From NCBI GenBank assembly GCA_019721075.1, contig JAHEAD010000002.1, forward strand, positions 152,949 through 216,948: a stretch of 64,000 bases of DNA. The letters run 5' to 3'. The position numbers and the translations under genes were made by a program. Below, piece by piece: positions 20,687 to 32,300 of the stretch. Origin of the DNA: Candidatus Sysuiplasma jiujiangense (GTDB lineage: Archaea; Thermoplasmatota; Thermoplasmata; Sysuiplasmatales; Sysuiplasmataceae). Below the pieces are notes generated by a model. The model did no database searches and was not told the origin of the DNA. It saw nothing but the letters and a program-made list of their open reading frames with translations. The number at the start of each line of letters is the position of its first letter. The first letter of the stretch is position 1.

Positions 20687-22705
20687 CTACCGCGGAAGAG
20701 GTCTTCCTCCTTTAATCTTTGCGGGCTGCACAGGAACCGATTCCACGGGCTGCTCGCCTTCCGTAGCGTCGGGAACAAATATGGCGCTGATTTTCGATAT
20801 AAGCTTGTCCTTTTCAGGTCCCGCTACAAGCGCCTCCTTCAGCACGTCCAGCAGCGTTCTGACAGTAAATATCCTGATCTTTCCCTCATATCTGGGTTCG
20901 AGAAGGACATCTCCCAGGTTGTCAGCAGGTATTATTACCTCCGCCAGGCCCGTTTCGGCGGCCGCTTCTGCCTTGGCCGTAACGCCGCCTACGGGCAGGA
21001 CGTGGCCCCTCACGCTCAGGCTCCCCGTCATCGCAATGGACTGGTTGACAGGAACCTTCTCAAATGCAGATATGACAGCAGTTGCGATTGAAACCGATGC
21101 GCTGTCACCTTCCACCCCCTCATAAGTGCCGATGAACTGTATATGTATGTCATGATTGCTTATGTCCTCGCCAGAATACTTCTTGATTATGGCGGAGACG
21201 TTGTCCACCGCCTCCTTCGCTATATCTCCCAGCTTGCCTGTGGCAATAACCCTCCCTCCAGATCTGGTATGGGCGGGTGTCACTTCCGCAACAATCGGCA
21301 GGACAATCCCTGAAAACTCGGACATACCCGAATCGGCTCCAAGTGCAGCAAGGCCGTTGACGGTGCCGATGAGGCCGCCAGTCGTAATGATTGTGTTGTA
21401 TTCCTTTCTGCGCTGAATATACCTGTCTGCAACCTGCTGCTCAAGCGATCTGGCAATCTTCTTTGCTTTCAGGACATGCTCCCTGTGGACGAGGTCCGAA
21501 CCCTCCTCCCTTGCGATGTCACCCGAAACTCTGACAAGGCCACCGAGTTCCCTCAGCCTCAAAGTAAGGCGGCCCTTTCTTCCTGCGCGCCGCTGCCCCT
21601 CCTTTATTATTTCCGCAACCGCGAATTTGTCGAAATGGGGTATCTTCTTGTCCTTGACGACCTCCTGTGCAACAAACCGGATGAGCTTCTGCCTGTTCAG
21701 CGCGCTGTCAGGCATGGTTGTGTTCATGTAAACTTCGTATCCGTATCCCCTTATTCTCGAACGGAGCGCCGGGTGCATGCCCTGCAGCGCATCGAGATTT
21801 CCGGCGGCAACGAGTATAAAATCACATGGAACAGGCTCGCTTTTCACCATCGCTCCGGAACTTCTTTCGCTCTGACCGAGTATCGAGAATTTTCCCTCCT
21901 GCATTGCTGTCAGGAGACTCTGCTGCGACTCAATCCTCAGCAGGTTGATTTCATCTATGAAAAGAACGCCTTTGCTTGCCTTGTGTATGGCGCCCACTTC
22001 CAGCCGTTCATGAGCAGGTGTTTCCAGCCCGCCGCTCTGGAAGGGATCGTGCTTGACGTCGCCGAGCAGCGCACCCGCATGCGCACCCGTCGCATCAACA
22101 AACGGAGGCATTTCGTCCGGAGTATGCGATATGAGCAGCTTCGGAACCATGATGCTCTCCTGCCTCTGCCCTGTGTACCGCATGAAAAACCAGATGAATA
22201 TGGCGGCTATTATGCCGAACAGCAGAATAGACGGATCGGACGGCTTGCTGTATATGAAGATTGCTATTGAGGCTATTATTATCATCAGGACGAGCATCCA
22301 GTAAACAGATGCCTTCTGCTGGCGCCTCTGCATCATTTCGGCGCGCTGAGCATTGACTATCTCCTTGCCCTTTCCGGCAGGCACAATGCGTATTTTCGGC
22401 TCGTTGGGATCTTCCGGGTTATGGTATGCTATTACGTCCTGCAGTTCCCCTTTAGGAAGAAACTCCACCATGGAGCTTGCAAGCATTGATTTGCCTGTAC
22501 CAGGCTCGCCGATCAGCATTACGTGCCTTTTCTGCTCAGCAGCTTTCCTGACGACCCTGACAGCTTCGTCCTGCCCAATGACCTGATCGGACTGCCGCGG
22601 AGGAATGCTTATCTCACCGGTATGAGAAAAATTCTGTGTGACAATCCAGGTGTCAGCATCCTGAATTGCGCTCTCATCCTTCTCCTGCACCTCGCCTTCA
22701 GCCAA
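20687..22705 (-). CDS. lonB: Membrane-anchored ATP-dependent protease LonB
   Basis: Walker A GEPGTGKS, two-TM insert, LFIDEI, EGDSAS catalytic Ser, GVTAK Lys; no intein. Confidence 0.96.
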   Translation of the reverse strand: MAEGEVQEKDESAIQDADTWIVTQNFSHTGEISIPPRQSDQVIGQDEAVRVVRKAAEQKRHVMLIGEPGTGKSMLASSMVEFLPKGELQDVIAYHNPEDPNEPKIRIVPAGKGKEIVNAQRAEMMQRRQQKASVYWMLVLMIIIASIAIFIYSKPSDPSILLFGIIAAIFIWFFMRYTGQRQESIMVPKLLISHTPDEMPPFVDATGAHAGALLGDVKHDPFQSGGLETPAHERLEVGAIHKASKGVLFIDEINLLRIESQQSLLTAMQEGKFSILGQSERSSGAMVKSEPVPCDFILVAAGNLDALQGMHPALRSRIRGYGYEVYMNTTMPDSALNRQKLIRFVAQEVVKDKKIPHFDKFAVAEIIKEGQRRAGRKGRLTLRLRELGGLVRVSGDIAREEGSDLVHREHVLKAKKIARSLEQQVADRYIQRRKEYNTIITTGGLIGTVNGLAALGADSGMSEFSGIVLPIVAEVTPAHTRSGGRVIATGKLGDIAKEAVDNVSAIIKKYSGEDISNHDIHIQFIGTYEGVEGDSASVSIATAVISAFEKVPVNQSIAMTGSLSVRGHVLPVGGVTAKAEAAAETGLAEVIIPADNLGDVLLEPRYEGKIRIFTVRTLLDVLKEALVAGPEKDKLISKISAIFVPDATEGEQPVESVPVQPAKIKGGRPLPR

Positions 22706-22956
22706 TTAGATTCAGCTCTTATTGATTTGTAGTCTTCCTTGCTAAATAAGGTTTTTGACACGGTTCGCGCGATCCGGCCGTATCGGCGACCGTCACACAC
22801 ACGCCGGAACGCTGCGTACTTTTAACAGCGTACCCTTAATTATCAAGGAACCATGCTAATCAGGTTCAGCACCGGCGGCGGAGCAGTACGCGTTGCCCAA
22901 ATTGCAATGGATTTAATGGCTGCAGCCGATACCGGAAGACTGTGGAGCAGAAAAGA

Positions 22957-25125
22957 ATGAGGCCGGAAGAACTGGGCATCAGCAGTGAAATTGCTCGGAT
23001 ACTCGCGGAGACAGGCATAACGAATCTTTATCCGACACAGGAAGTGGCCCTGCCTCACGTGCTTAACGGCAGGAATGTTGTGGCGGCTGTCCCCACTGCT
23101 AGCGGTAAGTCGCTTATCGGTTATATTGCGCTCCTGAGGGCGGCTCTGTCAGGCCAGAAAGGCATGTATATCGTGCCTCTCAAGGCGCTGGCAAATGAAA
23201 AGTATGAGGATCTCAGCAAATTCGGCAGAATGGGCGCAAGCGTAGCGGTCAGCACGGGCGACCTTGACTCGAAAGGAGAACGTCTTGGGAACAACAGCAT
23301 CATAGTGGCGACGAGCGAAAAGGCGGATTCGCTGTTGAGACACAGCGCTCCCTGGATAAGAGAGCTGTCCGTCCTGGTCGTCGATGAAATTCACATGATA
23401 AACGACGCTGACAGGGGCCCAACGCTTGAAATGGTCATCGCAAGGCTCAGAAAACTTGTTCCCAACATACAGATCATAGGACTGAGTGCCACGATAAAGA
23501 ATTCGACAGAAATAGCTGACTGGCTTGAGGCGGAACACGTCCACAGCGATTGGAGGCCGGTGGACCTCAAAATAGGTACATACTGTGAAGGCGAGCTGTT
23601 CTTCACGAACAACGAACGCAGGATGATAGACAACAACCCCGATGACCTGTGGCCTCTTATTGAGGATGCCGTAAAAGACAGCGGTCAGGTTCTAGTCTTC
23701 GTTAACACGAGGAAGAGCACGGAGACCGTTGCTTCGCGATACGGGTCGCGAATGAGGAAACTGATGGAGCAGGTGAACGATGAAATTGAACTCATGGAAG
23801 ACGATGACGGGGACGAGTCCAATACACATCTGTCGAAGATTCTCATTGATTCCATCAGGAACGGCATAGCGTTCCATCATGCCGGTCTAACAGGAAGACA
23901 GAGGACACTTGTAGAACGTCTCTTCAAGCAGGGAAAGATCAAGTGCCTCGTGGCCACGCCGACCCTCGCGGCAGGGATAAACCTGCCCGCAAGGACCGTA
24001 ATAATAAGGGACATTTACAGGTACGATGCACACACAGGCAACACGCTGATTCCCGTGGCGGAAATTAAACAGATGCTCGGAAGGGCCGGAAGACCGTCGT
24101 ATGACGACTACGGCGAAGCTGTGATCATAGCAAAGAGCGCAGAACAGGCATCCCTCATACTTGATGAATATCTTCTCGGTGAATCAGAAAGCGTCAATTC
24201 ACAGATTGGAAATGAGAGGTCGCTCAGAACACATGTCCTGAGCGCTTTCGCCACCAGGGTGGCAGGTTCAATCGACGAACTCAGGGAGTTCTTTTCATTC
24301 AGTTTCTTTTCGTTTAAGAATGATCTGAGCAGCCTGGACGAATCGCTGAACTCAATAATATCCTATCTTTGGGAAAACGGCATGATTGCGGTGGAGGGCG
24401 AGAGGATCAGGGCAACCACCTTTGGAAAAAGGGTCTCGGATCTCTATATCGATCCACTTTCGGCGGTAATAATGAGGGATGCCATACTGCGGTTCAAACC
24501 GGGGAAGGAACTCGGTTTTCTGCATTCCATCTGTTCGACGCCGGACATCATACCCCTCTACTGCAGGAATTCCGAAGTGGATGATCTGAACGATATCGCC
24601 GAAAACAGAAAGGGCGAACTGCTGCAGCAGATAGAAGAGGCGGAAGATACCGGATTATACCTGTCGCAGCTCAAGACTGCGCTTCTGCTGAAGGACTGGA
24701 TGAGCGAGGAAACTGAAGATCAGATACTTGGAAGGTACGGGATTTATCCCGGCGACTTGAGGAACAAGGCGGAAACAGCTTCCTGGCTTGTTTCCAGCGC
24801 AGCCGAGCTTTCGTCCGTAATGGCTTCGGGCAGCGCGCAGCAGCTGGAGCTCCTTGCCCTGAGGATGGAGAAGGGTCTGAGCGAACGCCTTCTTGATCTG
24901 GCGACAATCAGAATGGTGGGAAGAAACAGGGCGCTCACGCTGTACAGGCACAATTTCAGGAGCAGGAAGGATGTGGCTGCGGCGGACGAGGAAGCGGTCG
25001 CAGCTTTGCCGGGTTTCGGAAGAAATATTGCAAGGAAGATAATTGAGAACGCAAGGAGATCCAGAAAGGTGCTGAAAATACCGCAAAAAGAGGAGATCCC
25101 GCAGGACTGGTTTTTCAATGAATGA
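22957..25125 (+). CDS. hel308: ATP-dependent DNA helicase Hel308/Hjm (Ski2-like)
   Basis: PTASGKS, DEIH, LSAT, FHHAGL, QMLGRAGRP, C-terminal HhH; start could be GTG 22942. Confidence 0.93.
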   Translation: MRPEELGISSEIARILAETGITNLYPTQEVALPHVLNGRNVVAAVPTASGKSLIGYIALLRAALSGQKGMYIVPLKALANEKYEDLSKFGRMGASVAVSTGDLDSKGERLGNNSIIVATSEKADSLLRHSAPWIRELSVLVVDEIHMINDADRGPTLEMVIARLRKLVPNIQIIGLSATIKNSTEIADWLEAEHVHSDWRPVDLKIGTYCEGELFFTNNERRMIDNNPDDLWPLIEDAVKDSGQVLVFVNTRKSTETVASRYGSRMRKLMEQVNDEIELMEDDDGDESNTHLSKILIDSIRNGIAFHHAGLTGRQRTLVERLFKQGKIKCLVATPTLAAGINLPARTVIIRDIYRYDAHTGNTLIPVAEIKQMLGRAGRPSYDDYGEAVIIAKSAEQASLILDEYLLGESESVNSQIGNERSLRTHVLSAFATRVAGSIDELREFFSFSFFSFKNDLSSLDESLNSIISYLWENGMIAVEGERIRATTFGKRVSDLYIDPLSAVIMRDAILRFKPGKELGFLHSICSTPDIIPLYCRNSEVDDLNDIAENRKGELLQQIEEAEDTGLYLSQLKTALLLKDWMSEETEDQILGRYGIYPGDLRNKAETASWLVSSAAELSSVMASGSAQQLELLALRMEKGLSERLLDLATIRMVGRNRALTLYRHNFRSRKDVAAADEEAVAALPGFGRNIARKIIENARRSRKVLKIPQKEEIPQDWFFNE

Positions 25126-25624
25126 GGCTGCGGCTGCAATGGATGCAACGTTCATAGGATGCCTGCGGGGCAGGGAGACGGATCCCCGGACAATAATTGA
25201 AGAGTTCAGGAGGAATGGCTTCATGGCGCAGCCCGTCAACGCAGACAAGGTCTTCGGTGTCGACCATCTCATGAGCGCATATCTGCATGCTTCAAGGCGT
25301 TTTTCGAGGGGCAGGGGCTTGTCCGATGATTTCGGAACAGAATTCCTTTCCTGCGTTGCATGTGAAAGACAGATTTCGAAATCAATTCGGCGGATGAAAG
25401 TGGCGGACGGTGAGAGGATAGCAATCATGATTACGCCTGCCGTGGATGATGAAAGACTCGTAAGAATACTTGAGAAGCTGCATCTTTTCAGGGATGACAC
25501 ACTTATGGATGTGAACGACATTAAAAAGAAAAATGCGCAGGAATTCGGTATAAGCGAGGCCGATGGCGCTCAGCTGACGGATGCCATACTCGAGAAAATA
25601 GCCTTGCTTGACCTTTCGAACTGA
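25118..25624 (+). CDS. cgi121: KEOPS complex subunit Cgi121
   Basis: ADKVFGVDHLMSA, E.L....ERQISKSI, ILEKIALL; conserved position after hel308. Confidence 0.8.
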   Translation: MNEAAAAMDATFIGCLRGRETDPRTIIEEFRRNGFMAQPVNADKVFGVDHLMSAYLHASRRFSRGRGLSDDFGTEFLSCVACERQISKSIRRMKVADGERIAIMITPAVDDERLVRILEKLHLFRDDTLMDVNDIKKKNAQEFGISEADGAQLTDAILEKIALLDLSN

Positions 25625-25934
25625 ATATGCCTGTCAACCGGTGTTTCATCTTCAGAGGCCGGGCAGGCACACTAGCCGATCATTGGACAGGAAGTAATGC
25701 GGCAGCGGGGTGGCATGGAGCGCACATTAAGCGCATGATCACAAGTATCATCGATATCATGGGTCACCCATCCCACTGGACTCATCCCCCGGATCCACGA
25801 ACTCTGCAGACTGAACTGGCGCAGGCTGCAGATTTTCAAGTCAAGGGGCATCAGGCAACAATAATGCATTAATAATATTGCATTCTTAAGACTACCCGAC
25901 AGGTCCGGTCTAACAAAAACAGGAGTCAGTCCGC

Positions 25935-27086
25935 TTGGATGAAAAACAGATAATGGAAGCATTGAGGCCAGTGAAGGATCCTGAGATAGGAATCAGCATC
26001 GTGGACCTGAACATGGTGAGAGGCATACACTTCCAGGGGACAAGGGTAACGATAGAAATAGCGCTTACTGTCCAGGGTTGCCCCCTGCAGAAGACAATTG
26101 AATCAGACGTCAGATCAATAATTATGCAACAGCCCGGCATCGATGGTGTGGACATCAAGCTGGGCGTAATGACACGGGAGGAGCAATTCAGGCTTTCCGA
26201 GGATTTGAGGAGAATAAGGAAGCAGAGCAAACCCGAGGGCGCCACCGAAGTTGCTCCCGGAATATTCAGATACGGTAAAATGGGCATACAGCACGTGATT
26301 GCAGTAGTATCCGGAAAGGGAGGAGTGGGCAAATCACTGACTACCGGGCTCATTGCAGCCGAGCTTTGGAGAGAAGGTTTTTCGGTGGGGATACTGGATG
26401 CCGACATAACGGGACCGAGCATGGCGAAAATAATGGGTGTCGGCGGAAGGGCAAGGGCAACGGAAAAGATGCTGATTCCATCTGAAACAGCGGAAGGCAT
26501 AAAACTCATCTCGATGAACCTGGTTCTCGAAAGGCAGACACAGGCGGTAGTATGGCGCGGACCTCTTGTCACCCGTGCAATTAACCAGCTCTATTCGCAA
26601 ACTGACTGGGGAAACCTGCACTTTCTTCTCCTGGATCTCCCGCCGGGGACAAGCGATGCGCAGCTCACTGTATTTCAGTCCATACCGCTTGACGGCATAG
26701 TGGTCGTGAGCACACCCCAGTCACTAGCGCACATGATTGTTGAAAAGGCACTGGATATGGCAAGGGTCACCAAGATACCGGTGCTGGGCCTGGTGGAAAA
26801 CATGAGCTTTATGAAATGCCCCCACTGCGGCGAGACGATAGAAATGTATCCGAGGGACGACGGCAGGGATTCAGAACTGCTGTCCGGGCTGAAAGTGCTC
26901 GGCAGGATGCCGTTTGACCCCAAGGTAGCGGTTCTGGCCGACAGAGGGCAACTCGGTAAATTCGAGTCCGAGGATGTCAGGAAGCTTGTTGAAAACCTCA
27001 GAAGGGAGATACTGAACATATCATCCGTTTCCACTGAGCCGATCGCATGGCGGAAGGAGACAGCTGCTGCCGACAGGGCTGCCTGA
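25935..27086 (+). CDS. Mrp/NBP35 (ApbC) Fe-S cluster carrier ATPase with N-terminal DUF59 domain
   Basis: VKDPEIG..IVDL, LTVQGCPL, SGKGGVGKS, DADITGPS, DLPPGTSD, CPHC. Confidence 0.93.
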   Translation: MDEKQIMEALRPVKDPEIGISIVDLNMVRGIHFQGTRVTIEIALTVQGCPLQKTIESDVRSIIMQQPGIDGVDIKLGVMTREEQFRLSEDLRRIRKQSKPEGATEVAPGIFRYGKMGIQHVIAVVSGKGGVGKSLTTGLIAAELWREGFSVGILDADITGPSMAKIMGVGGRARATEKMLIPSETAEGIKLISMNLVLERQTQAVVWRGPLVTRAINQLYSQTDWGNLHFLLLDLPPGTSDAQLTVFQSIPLDGIVVVSTPQSLAHMIVEKALDMARVTKIPVLGLVENMSFMKCPHCGETIEMYPRDDGRDSELLSGLKVLGRMPFDPKVAVLADRGQLGKFESEDVRKLVENLRREILNISSVSTEPIAWRKETAAADRAA

Positions 27087-27134
27087 AAGCAGGATGGAAG
27101 CAGAATTACATTCACTTACCGGAGAACGGAACAG

Positions 27135-28055
27135 ATGACGAAACTTATCGAATGCGTCCCCAATTTCAGCGAAGGGAGAAGGAAGGATGTTGTCTCACTG
27201 ATCGAACAGGCAATCAGGACAGTACCGAATATCATGTTCATGGGTTCGGAAATGGATGCCTCACACAACAGGAGTGTCCTGACATTTGTTGGACCGCCGG
27301 ACAGCGTTGCGGAGGCTGCGTTCAGGGCATGCAAGAAGGCCTCCGAACTTATTGATATGAACATGCACAGGGGAGAGCATCCGAGAATCGGCGCCACTGA
27401 TGTCATACCATTCATACCGGTCTCGGACTCCAGCATAGGAGAATGCATCGAACTTTCGGAGAAGGTGGCCATGAGAATAGCAGAAGAACTCGGCATACCC
27501 ACATACCTGTATGAAAGTGCCGCCCGGAGGCCAAACAGGAAGAACCTTTCAGACATAAGAAAGGGGGAATACGAGGGCCTGAAGGAGGCAGTTCTCACTG
27601 ACGAGTCCAGAAGACCGGATTTCGGCGGCCCGGAGCTACACCCTACGGCAGGTGCCACAGTAGTCGGTGCCAGGCCGGTTCTTGTTGCATACAACGTCTA
27701 TCTCAAGACACCGGACGTTGCTGTTGCGAAGAGGATAGCCGGCAAAGTAAGGGAAAGGAACGGCGGCCTTCCCGGCGTGAAGGCTCTCGGCTTCTTCATA
27801 TCCGAGAGGAATATGGCGCAGGTCTCGATGAATCTCACGGACCTGACAAAGACATCCACGCTCGCTGCATATGAGAAGGTCAGCGAGGAGGCGGTGCTGG
27901 AAGGGGTGGAGGTCGCAGGGAGCGAAATTGTCGGTCTGCTGCCGATCGCAGAGATTGCGGGTGTTGCAGTGCAAAAACTTAAGCTGATGGACTTCAATAG
28001 AAGCCAGATAATCGAGTCAAGGCTGCTTGACCTGATACTTGAAAAAGGTGAATAG
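27135..28055 (+). CDS. ftcD: Glutamate formiminotransferase
   Basis: IECVPNFSEGRR, HNRSV, HRGEHPRIGATDVIPF, QVSMNL, SEIVGL. Confidence 0.95.
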   Translation: MTKLIECVPNFSEGRRKDVVSLIEQAIRTVPNIMFMGSEMDASHNRSVLTFVGPPDSVAEAAFRACKKASELIDMNMHRGEHPRIGATDVIPFIPVSDSSIGECIELSEKVAMRIAEELGIPTYLYESAARRPNRKNLSDIRKGEYEGLKEAVLTDESRRPDFGGPELHPTAGATVVGARPVLVAYNVYLKTPDVAVAKRIAGKVRERNGGLPGVKALGFFISERNMAQVSMNLTDLTKTSTLAAYEKVSEEAVLEGVEVAGSEIVGLLPIAEIAGVAVQKLKLMDFNRSQIIESRLLDLILEKGE

Positions 28056-28057
28056 CA

Positions 28058-28654
28058 TTGTCATACTCTGAAAAGAAGATAGCGGAATTCGTAAAGGAAC
28101 TCTCATCACCCTCGCCGACACCAGGAGGCGGTTCCGCATCCGCGATAGTCGCATCGGCAGCTGCGGCGCTGATTGTCATGGACTGCAATCTGACACTGGG
28201 AAAGGAGAAGTACGAGGCCATACAGGATAATGTCTCCGAAATCAGGCGCAGGAGCCAGAAGCTCTGCGGCCTGCTCCTGAAGCTTGCAGACCGTGATGCA
28301 AAAAGTTTTGATGCCGTAATGAAGGCGGTAGGGCTGCCGAAGGACACGGAGCTGAGAAAGCTGAAGAGGTATGAGCGGATCCAGAGCGCCCTCAAGCATG
28401 CCACAGAAGTACCGCTTGAGATAATGCAGCTCTGTTCAGAACTCCAGAAGATGGCCAACTACATGGCCGAAAAGGGCAACAGGAACAGCAGATCCGATGC
28501 GATGGTCGGCTGCATATTTGCCGAAGCGGCACTGAAAGGGGCCTACGAGAACCTGGAGATCAATCTTGAATCGATCAAGGACACGGCCTTTGTCGATGAA
28601 ATGAACAGGAAGGTGGCGGAACTGCTCCGATCGCCGCCTCAGTACGTGCGGTAG
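28058..28654 (+). CDS. Formiminotetrahydrofolate cyclodeaminase / cyclohydrolase domain protein
   Basis: SSPSPTPGGGSASA, DAKSF, ATEVPL, GNRNSRSD, NLEINL; TTG start with GGTGA SD. Confidence 0.92.
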   Translation: MSYSEKKIAEFVKELSSPSPTPGGGSASAIVASAAAALIVMDCNLTLGKEKYEAIQDNVSEIRRRSQKLCGLLLKLADRDAKSFDAVMKAVGLPKDTELRKLKRYERIQSALKHATEVPLEIMQLCSELQKMANYMAEKGNRNSRSDAMVGCIFAEAALKGAYENLEINLESIKDTAFVDEMNRKVAELLRSPPQYVR

Positions 28655-28742
28655 GCTGTTTCTGCACCTTCCTGTTCTGTGGAGCATCCGGTTTCACGCT
28701 GCAAATAGAATAATATATGCTATCGGCAATCGAAACAGTGCC

Positions 28743-29300
28743 ATGCTGACAGTTGTTGTTGTCCTGGGATGCAGACCGGATGGGAACAGGCCCACCCCGG
28801 AGCTTACCAGAAGGGTGAAACATGGTGTGGAGACTGCCATGCGTGCGTCGAAAAGGGGGGAGAGCATGCTTCTCTTTTCAGGCGGAAAAACATCCGGGAC
28901 AGAAAGCGAAGCTTCCATCATGCACAGGGATTATGAACTGAACTACAGGGATATAGCCATACCATCCATACTTGAGAACAGGAGCCTTGACACCATCGGG
29001 AATGCGTATTTCAGCGCCAGGATACTGAAAAGACTTGAGTACGGCAGGATTGTCGTCGTGACTAGCCCGTTCCACGTTCCCCGCTCGAAGTATCTATTCT
29101 CGTTCATCCTCGGGAGGAGGGTGGGAAGCTCCACATTCGGCGCTGTTCCCGGAACCGTTCCGAAGGAGGAGAAAGCGCCCCTTGAGATGGCAAAGCATCT
29201 CTTTGCCGGCGTGAAAAGCGGCGACCTTGATGCAGTATGGGGAAGAATGCGCAGGATGCATCCATACTATATGCCGGGCAGCCTGAAGGCCCGCGCATAG
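28743..29300 (+). CDS. YdcF/DUF218 (ElyC/SanA-like) protein
   Basis: VVLG, FSGG, SEA..M, ENRSLDTIGNA, VTSPFHVPRS. Confidence 0.88.
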   Translation: MLTVVVVLGCRPDGNRPTPELTRRVKHGVETAMRASKRGESMLLFSGGKTSGTESEASIMHRDYELNYRDIAIPSILENRSLDTIGNAYFSARILKRLEYGRIVVVTSPFHVPRSKYLFSFILGRRVGSSTFGAVPGTVPKEEKAPLEMAKHLFAGVKSGDLDAVWGRMRRMHPYYMPGSLKARA

Positions 29301-29355
29301 GGAATAAACTGCAGTGCACCTGGAGGCGAAGGCACGGTGCCGAAACATTGTCTGT

Positions 29356-32300
29356 TCACTTGTGCGCTATAGCCAGTCCGCATTCGCATCTGTCCGTCCT
29401 TGTCGAACAGACATCGTGGTACTCCCTGCCGCACCTGCACTCGTAAACTTCCATCCCCTCCCGTATCCTGCCCCTGCAGTACTGGCAGATACGTACAGCC
29501 TGAATGCTCCCTTTATCCATTCTGAACAGCTTGACGGTGACACTTTCGCCTTCGTCCAGGAGGTTTTTCGACCTGACCTCGACATTTACTTCGCCCGTTG
29601 CCCCTGACGAAATACCTATTCTCCTTTCCTGTCCGGGTTTGAGATTTCCAATGGTCTCGTTCATCCTGAATGTGCTGCCGCTGACGGTCGAGGTGACCTG
29701 GAGCGCAACTGCCTTCCCTGCATTAACAATCCTGACCGAAGCACCGCCCGCCTCATTCGCAGCCCGGATCTTGAGACGCGGAATCAGCGACTGCCTTGTT
29801 CTTTTCAGCTCCTCAAGTATCAGTGTTGCCTGTGCTGCCGAACTGTCCGGCAGGTCGGCATAAATTGCATTCAGCCTGCCATCAATATTTCTGAGATTCA
29901 CACCTGCATTGCGCAGCTCCCTGGAAATGCGCGCGATTTCGTCCTTCAATGGAGCCAGAGCCTTAAAAATCTCGGCCTTGCGGGCCGCATTCTCCCTGGT
30001 CTTCCGGAGATATGATATTGCCTCTTCATACCTCTGCTCTGAGACTAGCTCTTCTATTTTCCGATCTGCCTCAAGTCTGAGATCGTCCGGATAGCCAATG
30101 CCGTCCACAGCCCTCGACAGCGCCCCCTGAAGGGTCTCTATCATGACAAATGAGATATCCTTCAGCGCCGGACCGCTTATCGAGAGGGCATCAAGCATGT
30201 GACCTTCCATCATATTCTTCCTGGCCTGCTCCACCATACCCGGCCTGAATTCGATTCCGAGCTCCTCAGCTGCGGCAGTGGCCTTCTCAAGCCCGTTGAG
30301 GGCTGATACGCTTTCAGCCTGCAGCTTTTCCGAAGATGCTGCGTCAATTGAGGAAAGCAGCGAGAAAGCGTCTGATGTTCTGCCTTCCCTCAGGAATTCC
30401 CTGGCTCTCTGCAGGTCGTCAAACCAGCCCTTTTCTGAGACGCCTGCCTCGTTGTAGCTCTGAAGCCTCTTCTCGGTTTCGTCAACCCTTTCCCTGAGCA
30501 GCCTGACTTCAGACAGCATATCGTCCAGTATCTGCTCAATCCTGATCCCCTTCTCTATGACTTCACGGTATTTCTTTGCCGAAAGAAGGGATCTTATGGA
30601 TTCTGTCTCCTCCTTCAGGCTCTTTATCTCTACGCCTTGTTTCGCCGCCGATTCTATTTTTTCATTTGAAATATCAAGGGTGCGTTCTGCCATTTCCTTC
30701 TGGAGTTTCAGCCTGTCGTTCAGGTCCTTGATTTCAAGAAGGCCATCGATTGCGTTTTCGCTTCCCTGCTGGATTGCATCTGCAATTACGTCTATTTTCT
30801 TCCTTATCTCGGTCAGCCTGTCCTCAGAAATCAGCGACGTGACGGAAGCGGAATAGCGTTTCAGGAGTCCGGTACCGGAGGTTTTCAGCGACATGATGCA
30901 TATCTCGGTGCATTTCTGGGCTGTCTGCAGCGAGAGCAGATGCTGTTCATTGCTCAGCAGTGTCTTGGACTGCCTGAGCATTCCGATTGCACTGCCGTCT
31001 ATTATTCCGAGTTCGTCGAGCTTCTCGACAAAATTCTCCGCCTTACTGATGGCGTTTGCAGTCTCGGTCACCGCATTACGCGAGAAATTTAGTTCCTTGT
31101 CTGCAAGAGAGATACTGCTGAACGCCTGTTCATACTGCCCCCTGGCCAGAAGTTCTCTTGCCCTGTCGAGTCTCGATTCCACGAGCTTTACGTCTACGCC
31201 CTCCATTTCGGCCCTTGCGCTCTCCGCCGAGACCGATTTGACAGCACTTTCTATGGCATTCTGAATCACCGATTCAATATCGGCGGTTGCCTTTCTGCTG
31301 GCCAGAAGTGCGTCGTAATAGTTTCTTTCGCGCATGAGATTGCTGATGCTCACCCTCGTGTCTTCGAATTCCTGCACATCCAGGGAAAGGGAGCCCGCAA
31401 GCTGAATCAACCCTTTGAGTCTGATTATTTCCTTCGGTGCGAGAACGGATGACATTCCCCTGTCCTCCATCTCGAGAGCTTCCGATATTGCAGCGCTTGC
31501 TGAGAGATAATCGAAATGCTTAAGAGCGCTTCTTGCCGAGTTAAGCCGATCTTCCAGCCCTTCGATTGATAAATTGAGCTTCTTCGACTCCTGATACTGC
31601 CTTTCGGCCTTCTCCAGCTTTTCGGCAATCTCATCAACATGGCGAAGTTTTCCCTGTATCTCATCGTTCGCAAGGGAAACCATCCTGTTGGCCGTCTCGA
31701 AGTCCTCGAATTTGAGCGCGGCTCTTGCCCTTCCTATCAGGTTGTAGCCGTATCCTATTTCGATCTTCTTTCTCCTTGCAGTCGAAACCATTGCCATCAG
31801 ATCCGACATGACTTTGGAAAAGTAATCGGCGATAAGGCCGTAAATTATGTCGTGCGCCTCGCCTGCAGTTTTCAGGGCACCCTCCAGATCAATCGCCAAC
31901 TGTCTTTCCGCAGATTCCAGCATTGTGGTCGCCGATTTGACTGCAAGATTCGGGAAGATGGAGAGCAGGCGCCTCGATCTCTGTATAAGCGACTGCACCC
32001 TGAATACATCACCATTGCCTGACCAGTCCACAATATCCTTCGCAGTGCAGGCAGATCTGTAGTAGCTGTGATCCGCCTGGAGTTGTTTGGCCTCCTCCAC
32101 CAGTTTTCCGAGTCTCTCCTTCATGTTGCCGGTCGCCTGCTCGGTGCACTTTTTTGCTCTTTCCAGCCAGCTGTTGTTCATCTGCAGCAGCCTTGCCTCA
32201 ATCTCGGTGTCCATCCTGTTGGTAATCTCAATGCATTTGCTGTACTCTGAATTCCTGACAAATGAAACAGCGTTTTCCAGCTGCTCGTTCAGTTCGAGCG

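Noticed and set aside
25627..25930. Small ORFs between cgi121 and mrp
   Set aside because: No SD, family motif or coupling; the overlapping ORFs on both strands look random
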